Source of the DNA: Lingula anatina
Lineage: Eukaryota; Animalia; Brachiopoda
Direction of reading: 5' to 3'
Assembly: GCA_051362555.1 (NCBI GenBank)
Contig: CM120644.1
Location: 15,336,534 to 15,400,533 of the forward strand
Length of the DNA stretch: 64,000 bases
How positions within the stretch are numbered: position 1 is the stretch's first letter; each line of letters starts with the position of its first letter. A program made the position numbers and the translations under genes. The notes under the pieces are model-generated. The model was not told where the DNA came from. It ran no database searches and saw only the letters and a list, made by a program, of their open reading frames with translations. Below are positions 11,203-23,109 of this stretch, one piece after another.

Positions 11203-11928
11203 TTCTTCCTAAAATAGTCACCGCTGGCTTCTTTTAAATGATGATGTTTTGTTTGCACCAAACATCATGGAATAAATTAGCACCTTCTTCTATTTTTTTG
11301 ATCATGGTGAAAGTATTTGCTGAAATCAAACCCAGCTAAGTACTGCTTTTCATTTCAATATTCCAACATGGGATTGGCTTGTTTGCTTGTCTCCTCTTCT
11401 TTAACTGATGCTTTAAATGAAATAATAAATGCTAGGCGTATTTTGTCGGACATATTTGTTTGGAGATCCACGTATAGATACTTTATTTTTTTCTTTTTAT
11501 TTAGGTTCTATAATCTAAAATACTACATCAGTTGCCACATCGAAATGGAAGTAGAATGTGCCCGGAATGCAATAAACTAATGGCAGGAAGCAAACGAGCC
11601 TCATCAAATCATAAGCTATCCCTCTCAGGACTAATTTCCCTGAATGTTAAAAATAGCGAAGAGCATGTTTTTTTCTAAATCACAATACAGTGCCATACAC
11701 AGAACGCTTGCGAATTTCATTTTCCGTTTCATAAGACTACAGGATGACGTAATTCCTTTGTGAATTTCCGAAATCACAAACGCTGACTTTAAAGAAACTG
11801 TCGTCTGATTCTTCGTATGAGATGTATCCAGTGGTTTTAATAACACTTGCGCGATGATATGAATGATATCTTTTTCAAACGTCCTCCGGGATCCATTATT
11901 AATAAAATGCAACGTTTCTACAAAACAA

Positions 11929-11930
<2 letters not shown>

Positions 11931-11976
<46 letters not shown>

Positions 11977-11978
11977 TC
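11931..11978. repeat. (CT)n microsatellite
   Basis: Seen directly in the sequence. Confidence 0.95.
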
Positions 11979-12153
11979 GCATAAATATGTCATGACACTA
12001 TCATCCTTCTACTGGTCAAACCCTGCAGCCCTCACGTATCAGAGAGCAATTGATTTGTACAGATACGCCCCGTCCTAAAATGAAATCAATGTCACGCTAA
12101 CCCTAACCAGTATGAATCTAATGCAGGGCGGACACTCTGTGGAGCGAGATTTA

Positions 12154-12371
12154 AGACCCCATTCCCAGAGATTAGATCGATCCAAACTAGATCGACCTAA
12201 CTCCCTGGGATTTCACGCTAAATAGCTGTCAGCCGAGCGGGCACGAAAGTTAATTACCCCCTTACAGCTTGTAGTAGGCGGGACGGACATTTAAGCCGGA
12301 TTATCTGACAGTAATCTAGTGACACTTCCCACGGGGATAGATCGATCTTAAATCTATGGGAATACGCCCCA
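12154..12371. mobile_element. Palindromic MITE related to family B
   Basis: Ends attcccagagattagatcgatc / gatcgatcttaaatctatgggaat are inverted and resemble family B termini. Confidence 0.6.
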
Positions 12372-12700
12372 AGTTTCATGACACCTCAATAGAAATACTC
12401 TTCTGTCACAAACTCTTTACCAACGTTTTATCACCCACTCGCGTGTGGTAAAAATTTGTACTGAATTTCTGACAAACGAGTATTTTATTTTTATTGTCAT
12501 TTTGTACCAAAAATAATGAATTTTTAACACAAATTATTTACGCCGGTTTAGAGCGAAGGTTCTATAAAGTATAGAAGTACAGTCAACACCTAATAGCTGT
12601 GTGAACGCATCCGATCGATTCTGAACCAGTTCAAAGCCGTCCCATAGTCTATACATTTTCATACACCAAATGGCAATCTTGGCGCTTTTATATCACTTAC

Positions 12701-12790
12701 CGTAATGGATGATTTTCCCCAATGGTTTCAGCAGTCCGAAGCCCTTGGCTGAGTCATTGCCCGACAGCGGATCCAAGACGATATCGACAC
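12701..12790 (-). CDS. VAT1: VAT-1 homolog, exon 4 (not in the ORF track)
   Basis: Acceptor catattttag|GT and donor TACG|GTAAGT, 90 nt, phase 1 to 1. Reads GVDIVLDPLSGNDSAKGFGLLKPLGKIIHYG. Confidence 0.95.
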
Positions 12791-13045
12791 CTAAAATATG
12801 ATGAATCGTTAAGAATACTTCACTTAGCAGTCAACCTTGCTCGTCAAGGAACATATCGACGCACTGGGCTGTGCTTACGACTATGACTCATGGATTTAAT
12901 CAATATGAAGATGGATATATCAGTGATTATTGCATTGATAGCATTTGTTGTTTTATTTTTCTCAATATTTAGACCTTACGAATATATTCTGCATGACAAA
13001 TAAAGAATATACACAATTATGTCGGGGTAAATGAGTGTAATTAGG

Positions 13046-13090
13046 ACGCCAGTTGGACCAAAATCCGTTCCAAATTAGTCAAGTCTACAC
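13046..13090 (+). repeat. Short dispersed repeat (GACGCCAGTTGGACC-headed), family C
   Basis: The same 15-mer occurs at ~49049 and ~54995, and with one mismatch at ~41430, followed by loosely similar sequence. Confidence 0.6.
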
Positions 13091-13305
13091 AGGTCTAAAT
13101 CTCAAACTACTATCTTGGGAATCGGGGTTTTTCTGCTGTGAAAACGTGAAGAAATCACGCAAAGAAGAACGCTTAACGATGTTAATCATTCACAAGTACC
13201 CCAGTCTGTGTCGGAACAGAATTTCTCAACGATCGATACGATCACCTATGTCCAAAGAATCGGGCACCAGGCAAGAAGAAGAGCTTTGGCCGTTTTTCCC
13301 CCTAC

Positions 13306-13476
13306 CTTTTGGCGACTCCTTCAAGATCTCCTCGACGTAGTCTTTGGACCTGTAGTCAATTGGGTGTGTGACGCCGTTCTCTTTAATGGTCTCATGCTTG
13401 TGGGCAGACGCTGTGCCGAAAATTGTCACGTCAGGCACTGTCATGGCCAACTGCGTGGCGGCGATTCCAACGCCTC
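13306..13476 (-). CDS. VAT1: VAT-1 homolog, exon 3
   Basis: Acceptor ttcctccag|GA and donor AAAG|GTAGGG, 171 nt, phase 1 to 1. Completes the AAGGVG nucleotide-binding motif and reads FGTAS..KHE...GVTHPIDY. Confidence 0.95.
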
Positions 13477-13810
13477 CTGGAGGAATTCAAGCGGAATTGA
13501 GTTAGAATAGTTTTGAATCTTATCGACAATAAATTAAAAAAATTGATAAGTTTAATTATGCATATTAAGTATGCGTTTATTTGTTTGTTTTCCTATTGAT
13601 TTATTCAAACATTCATGTGTCTGTCCGTCTAAATGTGTGTGCATTATTCATTCATTTATCTTTTATTTTTTCTAGATTTCCTCCTAAGAACGATCATTTT
13701 CTCGTTCCAAAAAGAAAAAGAAAGGTCTAAAACAGAACGAGAGAGAGAAAGAGAGAGAGAGAGAGGGGGGGGGACTTACACGTACAAAAAAGCTTAACAA
13801 ACAGACTCAC

Positions 13811-14018
13811 CGGCAGCCATATGGATCAGCACGCTCTTGCCGGACCTCAGATTACCGAACTCGAACAGCATCAGGTAGGCGGTGATATAGTTGACTGGAA
13901 TGGCGGCGCCCTCCTCAAAACTCATCTCCTCGGGCATCAGGAAACACTGGTCAGCCGGGACATTGGCCAGCTCCGTCCACAGTCCGAATTCCTTGTAACA
14001 AATGACCCTGTCGCCGAC
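13811..14018 (-). CDS. VAT1: VAT-1 homolog, exon 2 (first shared exon)
   Basis: Acceptor catcttctacag|GTC and donor GCCG|GTGAGT, 208 nt, phase 0 to 1. Reads VGDRV...MSFEEGAAIPVNYITAYLMLFEFGNLRSGKSVLIHMAA. Confidence 0.96.
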
Positions 14019-15247
14019 CTGTAGAAGATGTAAAAGCAAAGAGTTAGGCACGCTGTTTGTTATATGCATTGAATTATGTAAAAAAACTGGCTGTCCTTAA
14101 AAAAAAGTTGATTAGACTGAAAAGTATAAAGGATTCTTACAAGGACTTGTCCCTGTGATAACAGTAAAAACAATTCAACAAAAAAGTTATTTTTTTAAAT
14201 AGGGAATTCGACTAGCACTATATTAAGTTAAAATATCGAAGCAAAAAAGAAATGTTTTTCAAATCACTCTTACATGAAAATTATTACGACAGCTAAACCA
14301 GGCAACATATATTTATTTTGCACTGGTATAAGCGATTCAATTTTAATATCGCAAATCGGATAATCTTTTCCTTCGAACTCAACGTGTATATATGAAATGT
14401 ATAATAATTATAAACAAGAGAAGACTCGCATTAGTTGTCAACGGGTCAGAAGCCTTCCTCTATTCATATATTAGAGTAACTTATCCCGTTACAGTTTTAT
14501 ATTTACGCACTGAAGCAAAAAAGGAAATAATACTCCCCCCCCCCTCCCCGAAAAATCCTCCATGCGCCATTGAATGGACGATCTACTAATAGGAGTGCTC
14601 GTCTAAAATGTGTGATGCATAGATATTGCTCTAAAATAACATCGGTAAGAAAAGCAATAAACGGGTGCTCCGAAAGAATAAGCAGATTAGAATAAGTGCA
14701 TGACTCCTCTGTGGTCATATGGTCTGATGGAGGATTTTTTATATTTGATTATCGTGTTTACACGGAGCTCTTTGACGGGGCTAAATAAATATTTGCGTAT
14801 TAAAGAGTAAACACATTGCTTATTTTAAGTCACAGCGTTGTGGAAATTAATATTGATAATTTTTGTTTTCGCTGAAAACACAAGTTTAATATTGTTTTTT
14901 AAGGTGGTAAGGTACTGATTTGTCCTTTATTAATGAAGAATATTTTGAAATTCATCAAATAATGAATTTCTGACAGACACGAGGGGAGCAGAAACGGTAA
15001 TATAAGCTAGATAATACAAGTGTATCGCAAATTATCGTCTGCTGTTGTGATTGCATTATCGTCTGCTCCTGGCGGTGTCAAATCGAGTTAACTGAGATAG
15101 ATTCCCCCGTTATCGCTGGTATTAGATATAATTTCGATTAACACGGCGACCTTGCAGCACTGATACAGGATAAAATGATTTCTGTGACAACCGACTTGGA
15201 AACAATGGTTCTACAATATACAAACACCGCCTGGTTTTGAGGGAATA

Positions 15248-15571
15248 AGGTCGCATTCACAAAAGTGGACTAACTAGTCCGAGGATCAATTACGGCAGAC
15301 CCACTTGAATAATCCCCCAAAGGGGAATCTATTCAGTGTCTATTTTTATAAGTTAATTGTCTTACTCATTGTGATTGTTTAATAACACATTCACAAAAAT
15401 TATATTTATTTATATTGTCATTTTCATCCACCCAGGTGGATGCATATGTTACAGTGCAATAAACTAAACTAAACATTAAAAAAAACTATTAGCGGATTAG
15501 ACGGCAAGTTTTTTAGTGGGTCGCCATATTTGACCCGCGGACTAGTTAGTCCACTGTTCTGAATGCGACCT
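15248..15571. mobile_element. Family A MITE carrying a nested 141-bp insert
   Basis: TA|AGGTCGCATTCA...TGAATGCGACCT|TA with perfect 12-bp termini. It is oriented opposite to the 54089 copy and interrupted at 15345-15485. Confidence 0.85.
15345..15485 (+). mobile_element. Short retroposed (LINE/SINE 3'-end-like) insertion
   Basis: Ends in AATAAA, CTAAA repeats and an A tail. Flanked by CTATT direct repeats (15340-15344 and 15486-15490). Absent from the sister MITE copies. Confidence 0.65.
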
Positions 15572-17103
15572 TAGAGGATTTGCAGCCCTGAGGGAATATT
15601 TATTCACCAGTTCAAATCCCGATGCTTGCCATATTTTCTTCACGTCACTTGAACCTTATTTAGTTAATGAGCAAGCTCAGCTCATGAAAGGTTTAAAACA
15701 AAGAGGAAAATCAACAGTTCCAGAAACATCGATAGCATTACTTTGTTTTCGTGACGTTCCTTTTTCTAGCTTGTTTTACAACGCGCTGAAGGGTAAAGAC
15801 TTAACCTTATAAGAGCCGCACGATTAAGTTACATTTGAAAGGTCAGTCTAGTAAATTGAAGTTTTACTTTTCTCGTGCGCTTTAAGCATTGGTACAACTA
15901 AACCAGACGGCTTTTAAAACAAATGTTACCTATCAGACTCTAGAGACTTTATAACTAAAAAATGCACCCATTTCTTTCGCTTAAGTCCATGGTTCTTCGT
16001 TATCACAATTTTTTGGCGAGACGGGTTTTAAACAAGGCTTAAGCCTTATATTATTTTCCGTTCTATCATCACAATCTCTTAACACGGCTGAACATCGTAA
16101 AAATATCCTTAAATATGTTTGACAATGACGATCAACGTGCGCATGCGTAGCTTCTCTCATTTCCCCTTATACAATAAATGTGTGTTGTCTTAACATTTCG
16201 TTTTGATATATCTCGATAATTATAATACATAAACCCGACACGTTTAAGTGGGTTTTCATGTTCTTCTCCATCTTAATGTGACGAGAGATATTGCCGATCG
16301 AAGCTTCGGTCCCTATAATCAGTCTTGTTTGTTTAATGGCGCATGAAAATGAGGTGTAGCAGATATTCATTTCTTTTCTCCGACAACGTTCTGAGAGCTG
16401 AGCGAACAACATCAAGAGACTGAATATTTCATATATTCGCATTTTCCACTTTTATGCATCGCTATATATTCAAGGGGAAATACCGCTGTTTAAAAATCTG
16501 ACCTACGCCGCAGACCCAATGGAAATATAGACCTATATTGGTAAACTAACAACAACATTGTGTTAAGACATGGGACAAGCTGCCACCGTAACATATGTCG
16601 AGTAAATCAACAAGCAAAGGAAATATTTGTCTCATTGATTCCTCATTGATTGAATCATAGTAACTCGGATAACGCAGAACAATGCTCAAAAAGGATTAAC
16701 CTACATGTACACTAAGGGCAAGCTATCTATCAAAATGTTTTATTATTTAAATATTGCTTGAACTGTATTAAAATACATCATATGTTGTTTACGCTAATGT
16801 TATGATAAAAATAATAACAAAATACCTATAATAATATTGTGCTTATCATAATAACCACCATGCTTTAATATTCTTATCATCATCTGCAGTCTTATCAAAT
16901 AGGGCGTGTGTTGAGAGTTCCAATGACAAATTCATCACATAACAATGCCTGTCACTAGAGATACTGCAGCAATGACAGAAACGGCCTACGCATCCTGTCA
17001 TGCGCCGGTGAAGTGCCATATCTAATGATGAAATGCAATTCTTCTGTTGATAACAGGACGCGAAGACGCTGTAAGTGTACGTGTGGGTGTGTGTTTGCTC
17101 GAG

Positions 17104-17135
<32 letters not shown>

Positions 17136-18214
17136 AGAGAGAGAGAGAGAGAGAGAGGCGTACGCAACATTATTTGAATTAGTACCTTTGCTTTCATAAA
17201 TATTTTTAACGTTCTAGGAAACCACCCTGATGCTATTTTGGAAAGACCTCTAACCCCCTCCTCTCTACTCTACTCCCCCTTTCAACCACGAACATAAAAC
17301 ATTGCGGTTTCAGCACAGCTGCGTTCCCGTTGATCAAAGGAGTCTTCACTTGTTTAAAGCTTAACGCCATTTTGTCCTTATGATTCAGATCCAACACACA
17401 TCAAGATCGATGTACGTGCTCAACATGAAGTTAACACTGAGGAGAGTTATTTGCAGTTACAGACCGGTTTCTGTAAAATATTGAATTTGGCAATCAACTC
17501 AAGTCATTATCTGTGCACTGCGAAATCAGAAAGACGGCCGTCGTCCTCTAAGATTAACTTTTCCATGCACAGACAGCAACAAATTTCCTCTTAATTGTGC
17601 GTAATGAAATGGCATTTATGTCAAGGGGAGAAATAATGTAGAGCAATTTCAATACATAAACGCAGGTCATTTGTTGACAGCAAGGCGCTAAGATATGAGA
17701 AAACCTCACTGAAATAAGAGACCGATTTATGACATTTGCGCCAGGCAATATGGAAGTGAAATATTATAAATCACTTTCATACTACTTGCTTATCGGTCTT
17801 CAGAGACAATATACGGGGAGTATTTTTTCCTAGAAGCCAACAGACTTAACGGCATTTCAACATAGCCTCTCTCTACTGTTAACAACGAAGCCAGCTCGCT
17901 GGAACGCGGATATACGTGATTTATATTTCTTTGACATAAGAGTCCCTTATTAAAGATGTAAAACTACGTTTTTTTTCATACCTGTTTCTAACCTTATGGC
18001 ATAAATCTCCCACGATTACCTAATGCCTTCATATTAAATAACTCAATCTAAAGACTGTTGAAAGGCGTACAAGTAAGGGGCCGGCAACGCACGCGCTCGC
18101 GCGCACACACACTTACACACACACACGGGAGTTTCATGCCTTAGCATTTCTATGAACGTTTTCTCATATGTACTAGATGTGTTCATATCAGAAAAACGTA
18201 TATGTTAGTGCAAA

Positions 18215-18217
<3 letters not shown>

Positions 18218-18267
<50 letters not shown>
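18218..18267. repeat. (GA)n microsatellite
   Basis: Seen directly in the sequence. Confidence 0.95.
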
Positions 18268-18268
<1 letters not shown>

Positions 18269-18440
18269 GGGGGGCACCAGCTTATAACGCCATTCAAAGA
18301 AAATCCACAGGCCTACTTAAATCACCTTTCCTTCTCTTTAACATAATTACACACAACCTTGTAGGCCTACGTGCATAACAACAAATGTGTTTTTAAATCA
18401 CGGGGCGAGAATGAGATTTAACACCGTTTGTGACTAGTAC

Positions 18441-18776
18441 CTGAAGGCTGGTGACCTGCTCCCCAATCTTCTCCACCACACCAGCGGCCTCGTAACCCAG
18501 AACACACGGAAGCTTCGGCAAGATCTCATAACTCCCCTGTCTCCTCATTAACTCGTTAAAATTAAGTCCAGTCGCTTTGACGCGAACCAAAACCTGAGCC
18601 GGCTCTAAGGGCAGAGGTTTCTCTTGCCTGACTTTTAAGTTCCTGTACCCCCCATGCCCCGTAAGGACGATGCTCTTCCGCGTCGGCGCCGGGGTCGGGG
18701 TCTCTTTGGCTTGGGCCGCGGACGCTGCTGCTGCGCCGTCTGTCACGGCGGGGCCCTGGGCTTTATCGTCCGACAT
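18441..18776 (-). CDS. VAT1: VAT-1 homolog, proximal first coding exon (1b), GroES-like N-terminal segment
   Basis: ATG at 18776, 112 codons, donor CAG|GTACTA in phase 0. Reads IVLTGHGG...VRVKATGLNFNELMRRQG.Y...LGYEAAGVVE. Splicing to exon 2 gives 456 aa. Confidence 0.93.
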
Positions 18777-19524
18777 TGGTGGAAAGAGTGTAACTAACCC
18801 TCGATGCTACAGATTGCAGGTTACTGCTGTGGTAACCGCCTAGCCTCGCCTGACAGAGAGTAAATGAGATTACATTTTTCACTGGATCGATAAATGAGTC
18901 AAGTGTTTGTAATATTTAATGTGTTTCGTTGAAGGGACGCGAGCTGGATTGTGTTAGTTGCGCTGAGCAGTAAGGTGGAACACTCGTCGCAATGACGCTA
19001 ACTTCTCTACTGTAAACTGAACTTGGGATTGTGTTATTCATCCAGCAGCGAGCAGGCTAAGTTGATTAACCTGCATTACAGCTCGTAGTCTTATTTTGAT
19101 CTGCGTTTATTTATTTGTTTGCTTTTGTAGGCGTCATTCAAACACACAAAACGTGGTTTTGTGTGTGTGCTCCACTGCTGAGAGCAGCGTTTCAGACCTC
19201 TATCTAATCTAAGTCAACATGGGCCTATAATTATATACGACACCTCTTCCACTATAAAAAGTGCGTATGTCTTGTCACGTGCGCGACACTAGATGACCTT
19301 TCAGGTTTCCAATACCACGATGTTTATGTTATGCTTAGTGAATTTGAAACGTTTTTTGTTCTGATTATCTAACATCGATGCTGACTTTGCAGTGTGGGAT
19401 TAAACCGAATGACACCTGCATAAAAATTAACAAGGAAAAGCTTTTCAGCTCGGGTTTTATAGTTATCGCCATTGTTTATGAGGAAACTGTGAATTCATCT
19501 TTTTTACATATTTTTCTACTACTC

Positions 19525-19758
19525 CCTCGCTCTCTTTCTCTTTTGCAAACACTCATGGTTTTCTCCCATTTCTCTTTCTCCTTTCTCTCTCTCTTCATTC
19601 CTTCCTCCTTATTTATCCTACTCCATTACTCCTTTCTCTCTCTCTCTCTTTCCCTCTATCTCTCTCACTCTCTCACTCTCTCCATCACTCACTCACTCAC
19701 TCCCACTCTCTCTCTCTCTCTCCCTCCACCGCCCCCCCCCTTTCTCTCTCTTTCTCTC
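19525..19758. repeat. CT-rich low-complexity polypyrimidine tract upstream of exon 1b
   Basis: Seen directly in the sequence. Confidence 0.85.
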
Positions 19759-21725
19759 AAATATTTTACCCCTTTAACAGAACCGAAATCGGACTTATCA
19801 AGACCTAGACCTAGACGTATTAGGTAGGACCCAGACCTTAACCACACAAACCTTATCGTTCCCCTCACTTTCCCATACGACATTAGCCCCGCTAGAAAGG
19901 ACTTTCGCCACAAAAATAGATTACACGAGATCAGATATATGGAAAATCCCCCCTCGAACCTTAAATGCACCTAATATCTCTACGTGCATGTATGTGAAGA
20001 GTGTGTCACTGAATCATCATGAAATTTAGAAACTGATGACAGAGAAACGTTGTGACACCGGCCCTGCTAGTGACCCACTCCTTCCGTTATTGTTTTCCCA
20101 TATTTTCTGGCATACCTAGGTCCATGGGAATGTCTACAGTCGCTAGCTTAATCATGCCAGACATCAAATTATCAACAAACTTTTATTTTCAGGTTTGACC
20201 ACAACTGAAATAGTTTATCATTATGTCATATCATATCTTGTTGTATTATATAATTATTTATACTAGTATATTATATCAAATGTTTACAAAAATATGTTTG
20301 AAGTCGCAAATCAAACACCTTTCATATTATAAAATTTCACAGTCGACCGCGAGAGTATCATAATGCTGTGAGAGAATTCCCTAGCGGGATGTTTCACAGC
20401 CACTGCGCTGATACCGTAAATTACAATATGGAGAGCGCTATCAGTATAGTAGCTTCATCCAAGCCACTAAATATCGCAGTTCGCATAATGCAGTGCTCTA
20501 TCAATATATCCCTCCCTAAGGCAAGGCTGTCTGATCGAACACTGCAAAAACCGCATCCAACTGTCAGACAACGTTACGTGTTATTAACATGCCAGCCAGA
20601 CAATATGAGGACATTCATATCGATTTTTTTGCAGCAGAACTTCTCAACCTGATTTCGAAGGGCTTCTGTTTTTTCTCCCATGGCGGGGTAGTTTGCTGAT
20701 GACTAATGAGAGAGATATACAGTTGTTTTTTTTTTTTTTTTTTTTCTTTTCTTAAGATGTGTCATCGGTTTGATTTTTGTAAAGGTCAATTTTAGTAAGA
20801 ATGTGATGATATATGTTTATTAAATACAGCGGAAATGTTGGCGTATAAACAGAACAATGTGCTGTATTAAGAATATTTTATTATTACAAAATTAGATCTG
20901 TCTGATTTCTACACAATTTGCAGGAGCCTACCAAGAGCTTTTCTATCAGAATCGTATATTTTATATCTATTTTATCCAAGCATCAAAATAAATGAAGATT
21001 TGGGACTGATCAGCGTACTATACCATAACACACAATAACATTACGTACATTATGATATTAAGATTCAAGAGAACGAACCATCCCTTAAAACAATGCCGAT
21101 TTCTTACAATGTAAAGAAATCAGTTAATCTGTAACGGCATGCTTCTTTACGTCAGTTTACTGTAAACAGTGGGGTCAAAAGTTTCGACTTTTTCAACAAT
21201 GAGTAAGACAGTGAGTAAGAATCAGTTGAAAATGCACATGTTCACTTGCTTCAGACAGCTGACAGGAAGAAATGTCGAGAAAAATCCAACAAAATGGCAA
21301 ACCGCAGTGCCAAGAGGAGGCGGCCTGTTCAATTATGCCTTCTAAATCATGCGCACGCGCCTTAGGTCGCAATACATACATGGAGAAAAAAATTGAAGAT
21401 TAGATGGCATTTTTAAAGAGGCACACATTTGCACACGTGAGCCTTAGGAATTGAGACCGCGTGCTGTCAAATAACGCCATATTTAGTATCTGACACACGA
21501 TATCTTAGCACGACTTCCATGTATTTCAGTTTATGAATAGGAATTGATGGAATAAAATATGATACCTAACAGAAATGGACAAACACAATTTGTTGATTGT
21601 TGTTGCTTGATATATTCAGGGTTGTTGTTGCTTGTCAGGAAGGGGAAATTATCAACTCTGCGTCGTCTTTATTCATTTACGCTACTTCATATACCAAAAA
21701 GTCTGGACCTTCACCCCATTCCCAC

Positions 21726-21778
<53 letters not shown>

Positions 21779-23066
21779 CTGCTTTATGACAACGCCCCGA
21801 ACCTATCTCTTCTAAATAATTCGTTCATATTCTTTAAAACGTTCCTGAAAGAAGCTGTTTGTTCGATTCCGTTGCTTCTGTGAACAATTCGGAACCAGGA
21901 TTCACAAGGCAACCTCCACGTCTCTTAAGAAAATACAAATACCAAAATTATTGTTATGTTCATACGCCATAGAGCTCCCATGGGTAATGTGGTTTAATCT
22001 GTGCACATATTATCCATAAATTCGTTCATTTTCCAGTTATCTTCCATTGAAACGGACATTTACTATGATTTAGAACTGGTGCTGAAACGGGATGCGTCAA
22101 AAAGATCATGTAACATATGCATATGGAGCATATTTTTTTCTGAGCAACTTTAAATAAACACTGACTGCATTGTCAATTATTCTGCACATCACTTAGCGCT
22201 GTGCAAAGCGTGAAGAACAGAGCAAGACGCCATTAGCCATTTCACAGGAAAAAAGGCAATACAACCCTTATTACAGTCTGTTCCCATGGCAACGTGTTAT
22301 TGTTCGTGATCGCGAGTTGATAAATGTTAACATTCAGTCTATATGGAAATCGGTTTAATGGAATTACAATACCTCATTGCAGCAGTAATATACAGCGGCC
22401 AGTGTACAAAAATAGCAAGAAATAAAGAGAAGAGCTTGGTTTAAACGATGCAATATTTGTAGATTCAATATTTGTCGTTCAGAACTGTTTCACAGATTTT
22501 TTAACCTATCCCCTACACTCAAGAACATTCACACCAAACCACTACCGAAGCACTGCTGGAGAAAAATTACGATCTTATGCAGTATTTCACCCTCTACCCA
22601 TTCCCGTTCAAAAGTTAAACAAAGGGCTAGAGAGATAGAGGGGTAAGAAAAAAGCAGGACATAAGTCCTTTCCCTTCCAAAGCCCTGACTGTGTTATTAA
22701 TACAAAGAAATGACTTACAGACACAAACCTTTTCTATGACATGTAATGGATATTTTCTCGCAATTCTGAAAATGTCAAACCACAATGGCATTGCAACATG
22801 TCAATTTTAGAATAGTTTCATTGGAAAATATGCACAACACGCAATATGCAATTTAACTCTGCTCCTCTCTCGCCAGATGGCGCGCGTGGCAGCGTTTCTT
22901 CGATGAACTGATCTATCTAGCTGTTTCTGTCGGAAGGCGGTTTTGGCTGGTTTTTATCATCTCGTATTTTCTCTGGGGTATTTGATGTGCTTTAGTGACT
23001 GATATGCTGGGTTTTAGTTACCAACAGGGCTGTTTTGTAGAGATGAAATCGTTTGCTCGGAAGTTC

Positions 23067-23109
<43 letters not shown>

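Noticed and set aside
17400-17460. GTTAACTTC (VNF) match to exon 1a, considered as a third variable exon; likewise LNFN at ~42810
   Set aside because: The surrounding translation has no VAT-1 similarity and there is no matching donor.
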